Shown: positions 1 to 18,000 of the stretch, piece by piece
Layout: each line of letters starts with the position of its first letter
How positions within the stretch are numbered: position 1 is the first letter of the stretch
NCBI GenBank assembly: GCA_964016885.1
Contig: OZ024741.1
Location: 389,608,001 to 389,672,000 of the forward strand
Source of the DNA: Eledone cirrhosa
Lineage: Eukaryota
Length of the DNA stretch: 64,000 nt
Direction: 5' to 3'
Notes under the pieces: generated by a model
What the model saw: the letters and a program-made list of their open reading frames with translations, nothing else
Told to the model about the DNA's origin: nothing
The model's database searches: none
Made by a program: the position numbers and the translations under genes

Positions 1-3000
1 ACTACAACAGTACCACTACTCTAGACTACGGTACTCACCACTACTACAACAGTACCACTACTCTAGACTACGGTACTCACCACTACTACAACAGTACCAC
101 TACTGTAGACTATGGTACTCACCACTACTACAACAGCACCACTACTGTAGACTACGGTACTCACCACTACTACAACAGTACCACTACTGTAGACTATGGT
201 ACTCACCACTACTACAACAGTACCACTACTCTAGACTACGGTACTCACCACTACTACAACAGTACCACTACTGTAGACTACGGTACTCACCACTACTACA
301 ACAGTACCACTACTCTAGACTACGGTACTCACCACTACTACAACAGTACCACTACTGTAGACTATGGTACTCACCACTACTACAACAATACCACTACTCT
401 AGACTACGGTACTCACCACTACTACAACAGTACCACTACTGTAGACTATGGTACTCACCACTAATACAACAGTACCACTACTGTAGACTACGCTACTCAC
501 CACTACTACAACAGTACCACTACTGTAGACTATGGTACTCACCACTACTACAACAGTACCACTACTGTAGACTATGGTACTCACCACTACTACAACAGTA
601 CCACTACTCTAGACTACGGTACTCACCACTACTACAACAGTACCACTACTCTAGACTACCGAACTCACCACTACTACAACAGTACCACTACTGTAGACTA
701 CGGTACTCACCACTACTACAACAGTACCACTACTGTAGACTATGGTACTCACCACTACTACAACAGTACCACTACTGTAGACTATGGTACTCACCACTAC
801 TACAACAGTACCACTACTGTAGACTATGGTACTCACCACTACTACAACAGTACCACTAATATAGACTATGGTACTCACCACTACTACAACAGTACCACTA
901 CTCTAGACTACGGTACTCACCACTTCTACAACAGTACCACTACTCTAGACTACGGTACTCACCACTACTACAACAGTACCACTACTCTAGACTACGGAAC
1001 TCACCACTACTACAACAGTACCACTACTCTAGACTACGGTACTCACCACTACTACAACAGTACCACTACACTAGACTACGGAACTCACCACTACTACAAC
1101 AGTACCACTACTGTAGACTATGGTACTCACCACTACTACAACAGTACCACTACTGTAGACTACGGTACTCACCACTACTACAACAGTACCACTACCGTAG
1201 ACTATGGTACTCACCACTACTACAACAGTACCACTACTGTAGACTACGCTACTCACCACAACTACAACAGTACCACTACTGTAGACTACGCTACTCACCA
1301 CTACTACAACAGTACCACTACTGTAGACTACGCTACTCACCACTACTACAACAGTACCACTACTGTAGACTATGGTACTCACCACTACTACAACAGTACC
1401 ACTACTGTAGACTACGGTACTCACCACTACTACAACAGTACCACTACCATAGACTATGGTACTCACCACTACTACAACAGTACCACTAATGTAGACTACG
1501 GTACTCACCACTACTACAACAGTACCACTACTGTAGACTATGCTACTCACCACTACTACAACAGTACCACCACTGTAGACTATGGTACTCACCACCACTA
1601 CAACAGTACCACTACTGTAGACTATGGTACTCACCACTACTACAACATTACCACTACTGTAGACTACGGTACTCACCACTACTACAACAGTACCACTACT
1701 GTAGACTACGGTACTCACCACTACTACAACATTACCACTACTGTAGACTATGGTACTCACCACTACTACAACAGTACCACTACTCTAGACTTTGGTACTC
1801 ACCACTACTACAACAGTACCACTACTGTAGACTATGGTACTCACCACTACTACAACAGTACCACTACTCTAGACTATGATACTCACCACTACTACAACAG
1901 TACCACTACTCTAGACTATGGTACTCACCACTAATACAACAGTACCACTACTGTAGACTACGGTACTCACCACTACTACAACAGTACAACTACTGTAGAC
2001 TATGGTACTCACCACTACTACAACAGCAACTCTACTGTAGACTATGGTACTTACCACTACTACAACAGTACCACTACTCTAGACTACGGTACTCACCACT
2101 ACTAAAACAGTACCACTACTGTAGACTACGGTACTCACCACTACTAAAACAGTACCACTACTGTAGACTACGGTACTCACCACTACTACAACAGCAACTC
2201 TACTGTAGACTATGGTACTCACCACTACTACAACAGCAACTCTACTGTAGACTATGGTACTCACCACTACTACAACAGTACCACTACTCTAGACTACGGT
2301 ACTCACCACTACTAAAACAGTACCACTACTCTAGACTACAGTACTCACCACTACTACAACAGTACCACTACTGTAGACTACGGTACTCACCACTACTACA
2401 ACAGTACCACTACTCTAGACTACGGTACTCACCACTACTACAACAGTACCACTACTCTAGACTACGGAACTCACCACTACTACAACAGTACCACTACTGT
2501 AGACTACGGTACTCACCACTACTACAACAGTACCACTACTGTAGACTATGGTACTCACCACTACTACAACAGTACCACTACTGTAGACTATGGTACTCAC
2601 CACTACTACAACAGTACCACTACTCTAGACTACGGTACTCACCACTACTACAACAGTACCACTACTGTAGACTACGGTACTCACCACTACTACAACAGTA
2701 CCACTACTCTAGACTACGGTACTCACCACTACTACAACAGTACCACTACTGTAGACTATGGTACTCACCACTACTACAACAATACCACTACTCTAGACTA
2801 CGGTACTCACCACTACTACAACAGTACCACTACTGTAGACTATGGTACTCACCACTAATACAACAGTACCACTACTGTAGACTACGCTACTCACCACTAC
2901 TACAACAGTACCACTACTGTAGACTATGGTACTCACCACTACTACAACAGTACCACTACTGTAGACTATGGTACTCACCACTACTACAACAGTACCACTA

Positions 3001-6000
3001 CTCTAGACTACGGTACTCACCACTACTACAACAGTACCACTACTCTAGACTACGGAACTCACCACTACTACAACAGTACCACTACTGTAGACTACGGTAC
3101 TCACCACTACTACAACAGTACCACTACTGTAGACTATGGTACTCACCACTACTACAACAGTACCACTACTGTAGACTATGGTACTCACCACTACTACAAC
3201 AGTACCACTACTGTAGACTATGGTACTCACCACTACTACAACAGTACCACTACTGTAGACTATGGTACTCACCACTACTACAACAGTACCACTAATATAG
3301 ACTATGGTACTCACCACTACTACAACAGTACCACTACTCTAGACTACGGTACTCACCACTACTACAACAGTACCACTACTCTAGACTACGGTACTCACCA
3401 CTACTACAACAGTACCACTACTCTAGACTACGGAACTCACCACTACTACAACAGTACCACTACTCTAGACTACGGTACTCACCACTACTACAACAGTACC
3501 ACTACTGTAGACTATGGTACTCACCACTACTACAACAGTACCACTACTGTAGACTATGGTACTCACCACTACTACAACAGTACCACTACTCTAGACTACG
3601 GTACTCACCACTACTACAACAGTACTACTACTGTAGACTATGGTACTCACCACTACTACAACAGTACCACTACTGTAGATTATGGTACTCACCACTACTA
3701 CAACAGTACCACTAATGTAGACTATGGTACTCACCACTACTACAACAGTACCACTACCGTAGACTATGGTACTCACCACTACTACAACAGTACCACTACT
3801 CTAGACTACGGTACTCACCACTACTACAACAGCAACTCTACTGTAGACTATGGTACTCACCACTACTACAACAGTACCACTACTCTAGACTACGGTACTC
3901 ACCACTAATACAACAGTACCACTACTCTAGACTACGGTACTCACCACTACTACAACAGTACCACTACTGTAGACTATGGTACTCACCACTACTACAACAG
4001 TACCACTACACTAGACTACGGTACTCACCACTACTACAACAGTACGACTACACTAGACTACGGAACTCACCACTACTACAACAGTAACACTACTGTAGAC
4101 TACGGTACTCACCACTACTACAACATTACCACTACTGTAGACTACGGTACTCACCACTACTACAACAGTACCATTACTGTAGACTATGGTACTCACCACT
4201 ACTACAACATTACCACTACTGTAGACTACGGTACTCACCACTACTACAACAGTACCACTACTGTAGACTATGGTACTCACCACTACTACAACAGTACCAC
4301 TACTCTAGACTATGGTACTCACCACTACTACAACAATACCACTACTCTAGACTACGGTACTCACCACTACTACAACAGTACCACTACTGTAGACTACGGT
4401 ACTCACCACTACTACAACAGCAACTCTACTGTAGACTATGGTACTCACCACTACTACAACAGCAACTCTACTGTAGACTATGGTACTTACCACTACTACA
4501 ACAGTACCACTACTCTAGACTACGGTACTCACCACTACTAAAACAGTACCACTACTGTAGACTACGATACTCACCACTACTACAACAGCAACTCTACTGT
4601 AGACTATGGTACTCACCACTACTACAACAGCAACTCTACTGTAGACTATGGTACTCACCACTACTACAACAGTACCACTACTCTAGACTACGGTACTCAC
4701 CACTACTAAAACAGTACCACTACTCTAGACTACAGTACTCACCACTACTACAACAGTACCACTACTGTAGACTACGGTACTCACCACTACTACAACAGTA
4801 CCACTACTCTAGACTACGGTACTCACCACTACTACAACAGTACCACTACTCTAGACTACGGTACTCACCACTACTACAACAGTACCACTACTGTAGACTA
4901 TGGTACTCACCACTACTACAACAGCACCACTACTGTAGACTACGGTACTCACCACTACTACAACAGTACCACTACTGTAGACTATGGTACTCACCACTAC
5001 TACAACAGTACCACTACTCTAGACTACGGTACTCACCACTACTACAACAGTACCACTACTGTAGACTACGGTACTCACCACTACTACAACAGTACCACTA
5101 CTCTAGACTACGGTACTCACCACTACTACAACAGTACCACTACTGTAGACTATGGTACTCACCACTACTACAACAATACCACTACTCTAGACTACGGTAC
5201 TCACCACTACTACAACAGTACCACTACTGTAGACTATGGTACTCACCACTAATACAACAGTACCACTACTGTAGACTACGCTACTCACCACTACTACAAC
5301 AGTACCACTACTGTAGACTATGGTACTCACCACTACTACAACAGTACCACTACTGTAGACTATGGTACTCACCACTACTACAACAGTACCACTACTCTAG
5401 ACTACGGTACTCACCACTACTACAACAGTACCACTACTCTAGACTACGGAACTCACCACTACTACAACAGTACCACTACTGTAGACTACGGTACTCACCA
5501 CTACTACAACAGTACCACTACTGTAGACTATGGTACTCACCACTACTACAACAGTACCACTACTGTAGACTATGGTACTCACCACTACTACAACAGTACC
5601 ACTACTGTAGACTATGGTACTCACCACTACTACAACAGTACCACTAATATAGACTATGGTACTCACCACTACTACAACAGTACCACTACTCTAGACTACG
5701 GTACTCACCACTTCTACAACAGTACCACTACTCTAGACTACGGTACTCACCACTACTACAACAGTACCACTACTCTAGACTACGGAACTCACCACTACTA
5801 CAACAGTACCACTACTCTAGACTACGGTACTCACCACTACTACAACAGTACCACTACACTAGACTACGGAACTCACCACTACTACAACAGTACCACTACT
5901 GTAGACTATGGTACTCACCACTACTACAACAGTACCACTACTGTAGACTACGGTACTCACCACTACTACAACAGTACCACTACCGTAGACTATGGTACTC

Positions 6001-9000
6001 ACCACTACTACAACAGTACCACTACTGTAGACTACGCTACTCACCACAACTACAACAGTACCACTACTGTAGACTACGCTACTCACCACTACTACAACAG
6101 TACCACTACTGTAGACTACGCTACTCACCACTACTACAACAGTACCACTACTGTAGACTATGGTACTCACCACTACTACAACAGTACCACTACTGTAGAC
6201 TACGGTACTCACCACTACTACAACAGTACCACTAATGTAGACTACGGTACTCACCACTACTACAACAGTACCACTACTGTAGACTATGCTACTCACCACT
6301 ACTACAACAGTACCACCACTGTAGACTATGGTACTCACCACCACTACAACAGTACCACTACTGTAGACTATGGTACTCACCACTACTACAACATTACCAC
6401 TACTGTAGACTACGGTACTCACCACTACTACAACAGTACCACTACTGTAGACTACGGTACTCACCACTACTACAACATTACCACTACTGTAGACTATGGT
6501 ACTCACCACTACTACAACAGTACCACTACTCTAGACTTTGGTACTCACCACTACTACAACAGTACCACTACTGTAGACTATGGTACTCACCACTACTACA
6601 ACAGTACCACTACTCTAGACTATGATACTCACCACTACTACAACAGTACCACTACTCTAGACTATGGTACTCACCACTAATACAACAGTACCACTACTGT
6701 AGACTACGGTACTCACCACTACTACAACAGTACAACTACTGTAGACTATGGTACTCACCACTACTACAACAGTACCACTACTGTAGACTACGGTACTCAC
6801 CACTACTACAACAGTACAACTACTGTAGACTATGGTACTCACCACTACTACAACAGCAACTCTACTGTAGACTATGGTACTCACCACTACTACAACAGCA
6901 ACTCTACTGTAGACTATGGTACTCACCACTACTACAACAGCAACTCTACTGTAGACTATGGTACTCACCACTACTACAACAGTACCACTACTCTAGACTA
7001 CGGTACTCACCACTACTACAACAGTAACAATACTCTAGACTATGGTACTCACCACTACTACAACAGTAGCACTACTGTAGACTATGGTACTCACTACTAC
7101 TACAACAGTACCACTACTCTAGACTATGGTACTCACCACTACTACAACAGTACCACTACTGTAGACTATGGTACTCACCACTACTACAACAGTACCACTA
7201 CTGTAGACTATGGTACTCACCACTACTACCACAGTACCACTACTCTAGACTACGGTACTCACCACTACTACAACAGTACAACTACTGTAGACTACGGTAC
7301 TCACCACTACTACAACAGTACCACTGCTGTAGACTATGGTACTGACCACTACTACAACAGTACCACTACTCTAGACTACGGTACTCACCACTACTACAAC
7401 AGTACCACTAATGTAGACTATGGTACTCACCACTACTACAACAGTACCACTACTGTAGACTACGGTACTCACCACTACTACAACAGTACCACTACTGTAG
7501 ACTACGGTTCTCACCACTACTACAACAGTACCACTACTGTAGACTACGGTTCTCACCACTACTACAACAGTACCACTACTCTAGTCTACGGTACTCACCA
7601 CTACTACAACAGTACCACCACTGTAGACTATGGTACTCACCACCACTACAACAGTACCACTACTCTAGACTATGGTACTCACCACTACTACAACAGTACC
7701 ACTACTGTAGACTATGGTACTCACCATAACTACAACAGTACCACTACTGTAGACTATGGTACTCACCACTACTACAACAGTACCACTACTGTAGACTACG
7801 GTACTCACCACAACTACAACAGTACCACTACTGTAGACTATGGTACTCACCATAACTACAACAGTACCACTACTGTAGACTACGGTACTCACCACTACTA
7901 CAACAGTACCACTACTCTAGACTATGGTACTCACCACTACTACAACAGTACCACTACTGTAGACTACGGTACTCACCACAACTACAACAGTACCACTACT
8001 GTAGACTATGGTACTCACCACTACTACAACAGTACCACTACTGTAGACTACGCTACTCACCACTACTACAACAGTACCACTACTGTAGACTACGGTACTC
8101 ACCACTACTACAACAGTACCACTACTGTAGACTACGGTACTCACCACTACTACAACAGTACCACTACTCTAGACTATGGTACTCACCACTACTACAACAG
8201 TACCACTACTGTAGACTACGGTACTCACCACAACTACAACAGTACCACTACTGTAGACTACGGTTCTCACCACAACTACAACAGTACCACTACTGTAGAC
8301 TACGGTACTCACCACAACTACAACAGTACCACTACTGTAGACTATGGTACTCACCACTACTACAACAGTACCACTACTGTAGACTACGCTACTCACCACT
8401 ACTACAACAGTACCACTGCTGTAGACTACGCTACTCACCACTACTACAACAGTACCACTACTGTAGACTATGGTACTCACCACTACTACAACAGTACCAC
8501 TACTGTAGACTACGCTACTCACCACTACTACAACAGTACCACTACTGTAGACTACGGTACTCACCACTACTACAACAGTACCACTACTGTAGACTACGGT
8601 ACTCACCACTACTACAACAGTACCACTACTGTAGACTATGGTACTCACCACTACTACAACAGTACCACTACTGTAGACTACGGTACTCACCACTACTACA
8701 ACAGCAACTCTACTGTAGACTATGGTACTCACCACTACTACAACAGTACCACTACTGTAGACTACGGTACTCACCACTACTACAACAGTACCACTACTGT
8801 AGACTACGGTTCTCACCACTACTACAACAGTACCACTACTGTAGACTACGGTACTCACCACTACTACAACAGTACCACTACTGTAGACTACGGTACTCAC
8901 CACTACTACAACAGTACCACTGCTGTAGACTATGGTACTCACCACTACTACAACAGAACCACTACTGTAGACTATGGTACTCACCACTACTACAACAGTA

Positions 9001-12000
9001 CCACTACTGTAGACTATGGTACTCACCACTACTACAACAGTACCACTACTGTAGACTATGGTACTCACCACTACTACAACAGTACCACTACTGTAGACTA
9101 CGGTACTCACCACTACTACAACAGCAACTCTACTGTAGACTATGGTACTCACCACTACTACAACAGTACCACTACTGTAGACTACGGTACTCACCACTAC
9201 TACAACAGTACCACTACTGTAGACTACGGTTCTCACCACTACTACAACAGTACCACTACTGTAGACTACGGTACTCACCACTACTACAACAGTACCACTA
9301 CTGTAGACTATGGTACTCACCACTACTACAACAGTACCACTACTGTAGACTATGGTACTCACCACTACTACAACAGTACCACTACTGTAGACTACGGTAC
9401 TCACCACTACTACAACAGTACCACTACTGTAGACTACGGTACTCACCACTACTACAACAGTACCACTACTGTAGACTACGGTACTCACCACTACTACAAC
9501 AGCAATTCTACTGTAGACTATGGTACTCACCACTACTACAACAGCAACTCTACTGTAGACTATGGTACTCACCACTACTACAACAGTACCACTACTCTAG
9601 ACTACGGTACTCACCACTACTAAAACAGTACCACTACTCTAGACTATGGTACTCACCACTACTACAACAGTACCACTACTGTAGGCTATGGTACTCACCA
9701 CTACTACAACAGTACCACTACTCTAGACTACGGTACTCACCACTACTACAACAGTACCACTACTGCAGACTATGGTACTCACCACTACTACAACAGTACA
9801 ACTACTGTAGACTATGGTACTCACCACTACTACAACAGTACCACTACTCTAGACTACAGTACTCACCACTACTACAACAGTACCACTACTGTAGACTACG
9901 CTACTCACCACTACTACAACAGTACCACTACTGTAGACTATGGTACTCACCACTACTACAACAGTACAACTACTGTAGACTATGGTACTCACCACTACTA
10001 CAACAGTACCACTACTGTAGACTACGGTACTCACCACTACTACAACAGCAACTCTACTGTAGACTATGGTACTCACCACTACTACAACAGTACCACTACT
10101 GTAGACTACGGTACTCACCACTACTACAACAGTACCACTACTGTAGACTACGGTACTCACCACTACTACAACAGTACCACTACTGTAGACTACGGTACTC
10201 ACCACTACTACAACAGTACCACTACTGTAGACTATGGTACTCACCACTACTACAACAGTACCACTACTGTAGACTATGGTACTCACCACTACTACAACAG
10301 TACCACTACTGTAGACTACGGTACTCACCACTACTACAACAGCAACTCTACTGTAGACTATGGTACTCACCACTACTACAACAGTACCACTACTGTAGAC
10401 TACGGTACTCACCACTACTACAACAGTACCACTACTGTAGACTACGGTACTCACCACTACTACAACAGTACCACTACTGTAGACTATGGTACTCACCACT
10501 ACTACAACAGTACCACTACTGTAGACTACTGTACTCACCACTACTACAACAGTACCACTACTGTAGACTATGGTACTCACCACTACTACAACAGTACCAC
10601 TACTGTAGACTACGGTACTCACCACTACTACAACAGCAACTCTACTGTAGACTATGGTACTCACCACTACTACAACAGTACCACTACTGTAGACTACGGT
10701 ACTCACCACTACTACAACAGTACCACTACTGTAGGCTACGGTACTCACCACTACTACAACAGTACCACTACTGTAGACTATGGTACTCACCACTACTACA
10801 ACAGTACCACTACTGTAGACTACGGTACTCACCACTACTACAACAGCAACTCTACTGTAGACTATGGTACTCACCACTACTACAACAGTACCACTACTGT
10901 AGACTACGGTACTCACCACTACTACAACAGTACCACTACTGTAGACTACGGTTCTCACCACTACTACAACAGTACCACTACTGTAGACTATGGTACTCAC
11001 CACTACTACAACAGTACCACTACTGTAGACTATGGTACTCACCACTACTACAACAGTACCACTACTCTAGACTATGGTACTCACCACTACTACAACAGTA
11101 CCACTACTGTAGACTACGCTACTCACCACTACTACAACAGTACCACTACTGTAGACTACGGTACTCACCACTACTACAACAGTACCACTACTGTAGACTA
11201 TGGTACTCACCACTACTACAACAGTACCACTACTGTAGACTACGGTACTCACCACTACTACAACAGTACCACTACTGTAGACTATGGTACTCACCACTAC
11301 TACAACAGTACCACTACTGTAGACTACGGTACTCACCACTACTACAACAGCAACTCTACTGTAGACTATGGTACTCACCACTACTACAACAGTACCACTA
11401 CTGTAGACTACGGTATTCACCACTACTACAACAGCAACTCTACTGTAGACTACGGTACTCACCACTACTACAACAGTACCACTACTCTAGACTACGGTAC
11501 TCACCACTACTACAACAGTACAACTACTGTAGACTACGGTACTCACCACTACTACAACAGCAACTCTACTGTAGACTATGGTACTCACCACTTCTACAAC
11601 AGCAACTCTACTGTAGACTATGGTACTCACCACTACTACAACAGCAACTCTACTGTAGACTATGGTACTCACCACTACTACAACAATACCACTACTCTAG
11701 ACTACGGTACTCACCACTACTACAACAGTACCACTACTGTAGACTATGGTACTCACCACTACTACAACAGTACCACTACTGTAGACTATGGTACTCACCA
11801 CTACTAAAACAGTACCACTACTCTAGACTACGGTACTCACCACTACTACAACAGTACCACTACTGTAGACTACGGTACTCACCACTACTACAACAGCAAT
11901 TCTACTGTAGACTATGGTACTCACCACTACTACAACAGCAACTCTACTGTAGACTGTGGTACTCACCACTACTACAACAGTACCACTACTCTAGACTACG

Positions 12001-15000
12001 GTACTCACCACTACTAAAACAGTACCACTACTCTAGACTACAGTACTCACCACTACTACAACAGTACCACTACTGTAGACTACGGTACTCACCACTACTA
12101 CAACAGTACCACTACTCTAGACTATGGTACTCACCACTACTACAACAGTACCACTACTGTAGGCTATGGTACTCACCACTACTACAACAGTACCACTACT
12201 CTAGACTACGGTACTCACCACTACTACAACAGTACCACTACTGCAGACTATGGTACTCACCACTACTACAACAGTACAACTACTGTAGACTATGGTACTC
12301 ACCACTACTACAACAGTACCACTACTCTAGACTACAGTACTCACCACTACTACAACAGTACCACTACTGTAGACTACGCTACTCACCACTACTACAACAG
12401 TACCACTACTGTAGACTATGGTACTCACCACTACTACAACAGTACAACTACTGTAGACTATGGTACTCACCACTACTACAACAGTACCACTACTGTAGAC
12501 TACGGTACTCACCACTACTACAACAGTACCACTACTGTAGACTATGGTACTCACCACTACTACAACAGTACCACTACTCTAGACTACGGTACTCACCACT
12601 ACTACAACAGTACCACTAATGTAGACTATGGTACTCACCACTACTACAACAGTACCACTACTCTAGACTACGGTACTCACCACTACTACAACAGTACCAC
12701 TACTCTAGACAACGGAACTCACCACAACTACAACAGTACCACTACTCTAGACTACGGTACTCACCACTACTACAACAGTACCACTACACTAGACTACGGA
12801 ACTCACCACTACTACAACAGTACCACTACTGTAGACTATGGTACTCACCACTACTACAACAGTACCACTACTGTAGACTACGGTACTCACCACTACTACA
12901 ACAGTACCACTACTGTAGACTACGCTACTCACCACTACTACAACAGTACCACTACTGTAGACTACGCTACTCACAACTACTACAGCAGTACCACTACTCT
13001 AGACTATGGTACTCACCACTACTACAACAGTACCACTACTCTAGACTATGGTACTCACCACTACTACAACAGTAGCACTACTGTAGACTATGGTACTCAC
13101 CACTACTACAACAGCACCACTACTGTAGACTACGGTACTCACCACTAATACAACAGTACCACTACTGTAGACTACGGTACTCACCACTACTACAACAGTA
13201 GCACTACTGTAGACTATGGTACTCACTACTACTACAACAGTACCACTACTCTAGACTATGGTACTCACCACTACTACAACAGTACCACTACTCTAGACTA
13301 TGGAACTCACCACTACTACAACAGTACCACTACTGTAGTCTATGGTACTCACCACTACTACAACAGCACCACTACTGTAGACTACGGTACTCACCACTAC
13401 TACAGCAGTACCAGTACTGTAGACTACGGTACTCACCACTACTACAACAGCACCACTACTGTAGACTACGGTACTCACCACCACTACAACAGTACCACTA
13501 CTGTAGACTACGGTACTCACCACTACTACAACAGTACCACTACTGTAGACTATGGTACTCACCACTACTACAACAGTACCACTACTCTAGACTACGGTAC
13601 TCACCACTACTACAACAGTACCACTAATGTAGACTATGGTACTCACCACTACTACAACGGTACCACTACTCTAGACTACGGTACTCACCACTACTACAAC
13701 AGTACCACTACTGTAGACTATGGTACTCACCACTACTACAACAGTACCACTACTGTAGACTATGGTACTCACCACTACTACAACAGTACCACTACTGTAG
13801 ACTACGGTACTCACCACTACTACAGCAGTACCACTACCGTAGACTATGGTACTCACCACTACTACAACAGTACCACTACTGTAGACTACGGTACTCACCA
13901 CTACTACAGCAGTACCACTACTGTAGACTACGGTACTCACCACTACTACAACAGTACAACTACTGTAGACTATGGTACTCACCACTACTACAACAGTACC
14001 ACTACTGTAGACTATGGTACTCACCACTACTACAACAGTACCACTACTGTAGACTATGGTACTCACCACTACTACAACAGTACCACTACTCTAGACTACG
14101 GTATTGACCACTACTACAATAGTACCACTACTCTAGACTACGGTACTCACCACTACTACAACAGTACAACTACTGTAGACTACGGTACTCACCACTACTA
14201 CAACAGTACCACTACTCTAGACTACGGTACTCACCACTACTACAACAGTACAACTACTGTAGACTACGGTACTCACCACTACTACAACAGTACCACTACT
14301 CTAGACTACGGTACTCACCACTACTACAACAGTACAACTACTGTAGACTACGGTACTCACCACTACTACAACAGTACCACTACTCTAGACTACGGAACTC
14401 ACCACTACTACAACAGTACCACTACTGCAGACTATGGTACTCACCACTACTACAACAGTACCACTACTGTAGACTACGGTACTCACCACTACTACAACAG
14501 TACCACTACCGTAGACTATGGTACTCACCATTACTACAACAGTACCACTACAGTAGACTATGGTACTCACCACTACTACAACAGTACCACTACTGTAGAC
14601 TATGGTACTCACCACTACTACAACAGTACCACTACAGTAGACTATGGTACTCACCACTACTACAACAGTACCACTAATGTAGACTACGGTACTCACCACT
14701 ACTACAACAGTACAACTACTGTAGACTATGGTACTCACCACTACTACAACAGTACCACTACTGTAGACTATGGTACTCACCACTACTACAACAGTACCAC
14801 TACAGTAGACTATGGTACTCACCACTACTACAACAGTACCACTAATGTAGACTACGGTACTCACCACTACTACAACAGTACAACTACTGTAGACTATGGT
14901 ACTCACCACTACTACAACAGTACCACTACTCTAGACTATGGTACTCACCACTACTACAACGGTACCACTACTCTAGACTACGCTACTCACCACTACTACA

Positions 15001-18000
15001 ACAGTACCACTACTCTAGACTATGGTACTCACCACTACTACAACAGTACCACTACTGTAGACTACGCTACTCACCACAACTACAACAGTACCACTACTGT
15101 AGACTACGCTACTCACAACTACTACAACAGTACCACTACTGTAGACTACGGTACTCACCACTACTACAACAGTACCACTACTGTAGACTACGCTACTCAC
15201 CACAACTACAACAGTACCACTTCTGTAGACTACGGTACTCACCACTACTACAACAGTACCACTACTGTAGACTACGCTACTCACAACTACTACAACAGTA
15301 CCACTACTGTAGACTATGGTACTCACCACTACTACAACAGTACCACTACTGTAGACTACGGTACTCACCACAACTACAACAGTACCACTACTGTAGACTA
15401 CGCTACTCACAACTACTACAACAGTACCACTACTGTAGACTACGCTACTCACCACAACTACAACAGTACCACTACTGTAGACTACGCTACTCACAACTAC
15501 TACAACAGTACCACTACTGTAGACTACGCTACTCACCACTACTACAACAGTACCACTACTGTAGACTACGGTACTCACCACTACTACAACAGTACCACTA
15601 ATGTAGACTACGGTACTCACCACTACTACAACAGTACCACTACCGTAGACTATGGTACTCACCACTACTACAACAGTACCACTAATGTAGACTACGGTAC
15701 TCACCACTACTACAAAAGTACCACTACTGTAGACTACGGTACTCACCACTACTACAACAGTACCACTACTGTAGACTACGGTACTCACCACTACTACAAC
15801 ATTACCACTACTGTAGACTATGGTACTCACCACTACTACAACAGTACCACTACTCTAGACTACGGTACTCACCACTACTACAACAGTACCACTACTCTAG
15901 ACTATGGTACTCACCACTACTACAACAGTACCACTACTCTAGACTACGGTACTCACCACTACTACAACAGTACCACTACTCTAGACTATGGTACTCACCA
16001 CTACTACAACAGTACCACTACTCTAGACTACGCTACTCACCACTACTACAACAGTACCACCACTGTAGACTATGGTACTCACCACCACTACAACAGTACC
16101 ACTACTGTAGACTATGGTACTCACCACTACTACAAAAGTACCACTACTGTAGACTACGGTACTCACCACTACTACAACAGTACCACTACTGTAGACTACG
16201 GTACTCACCACTACTACAACATTACCACTACTGTAGACTATGGTACTCACCACTACTACAACAGTACCACTACTCTAGACTATGGTACTCACCACTACTA
16301 CAACAGTACCACTACTGTAGACTATGGTACTCACCACTACTACAACAGTACCACTACTGTAGACTATGGTACTCACCACTACTACAACAGTACCACTACT
16401 CTAGACTATGGTACTCACCACTACTACAACAGTACCACCACTGTAGACTATGGTACTCACCACTACTACAACAGTACCACTACTCTAGACTAGGTACTCA
16501 CCACTACTACAACAGTACCACTACTGTAGACTATGGTACTCACCACTACTACAACAGTACCACTACTCTAGACTATGGTACTCACCACTACTACAACAGT
16601 ACCACTACTGTAGACTATGGTACTCACCACTACTACAACAGTACCACTACTCTAGACTATGGTACTCACCACTACTACAACAGTACCACTACTCTAGACT
16701 GTGGTACTCACCACTACTACAACAGTACCACTACTGTAGACTACGGTACTCACCACTACTACAACAGTACCATTACTCTAGACTATGGTACTCACCACTA
16801 CTACAACAGCACCACTACTGTAGACTACGGTACTCACCACTACTACAGCAGTACCACTACTGTAGACTACGGTACTCACCACTACTACAACAGCACCACT
16901 ACTGTAGACTATGGTACTCACCACTACTACAACAGTACCACTACTCTAGACTACGGTACTCACCACTACTACAACAGTACAACTACTGTAGACTATGGTA
17001 CTCACCACTACTACAACAGTACCACTAATGTAGACTATGGTACTCACCACTACTACAACAGTACCACTGCTGTAGACTATGGTACTCACCACTACTACAA
17101 CAGTACAACTACTGTAGACTATGGTACTCACCACTACTACAGCAGTACCACTACTGTAGACTACGGTACTCACCACTACTACAACAGTACCACTAATGTA
17201 GACTATGGTACTCACCACTACTACAACGGTACCACTACTCTAGACTACGGTACTCACCACTACTACAACAGTACAACTACTGTAGACTATGGTACTCACC
17301 ACTACTACAACAGTACCACTACTCTAGACTACGGTACTCACCACTACTACAACAGTACCACTACTGTAGACTAGGCTACTCACCACTACTACAACAGTAC
17401 CACTACTGTAGACTATGGTACTCACCACTACTACAACAGTACCACTACTCTAGACTATGGTACTCACCACTACTACAACAGTACCACTACTGTAGACTAC
17501 GGTACTCACCACTACTACAACAGTACCACTACTGTAGACTATGCTACTCACCACTACTACAACAGTACCACTACTGTAGACTATGGTACTCACCACTACT
17601 ACAACAGTACCACTACTCTAGACTACGGTACTCACCACTACTACAACAGTACCACTACTGTAGACTATGGTACTCACCACTACTACAACAGTACCACTAC
17701 TGTAGACTACGGTACTCACCACTTCTACAACAGTACCACTACTGTAGACTACGGTACTCACCACTACTACAACAGTACCACTACTGTAGACTACGGTACT
17801 CACCACTACTACAACAGTACCACTACTGTAGACTATGGTACTCACCAATACTGTAGACTACGGTACTCACCACTACTACAACAGTACCACTACTGTAGAC
17901 TACGGTACTCACCACTACTACAACAGTACCACTACTGTAGACTATGGTACTCACTACTACTACAACAGTACCACTACTGTAGACTATGGTACTCATCACT

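Noticed and set aside
1-17800. Mucin-like frame TTTVPLL*TTVLTT with a UAG in every unit, possibly recoded by A-to-I editing or readthrough
   Set aside because: My rough tally of distinct variants is spread about evenly over the three codon positions, so there is no coding signature. Frameshifting units exist, and hundreds of recoding events per message would be needed.
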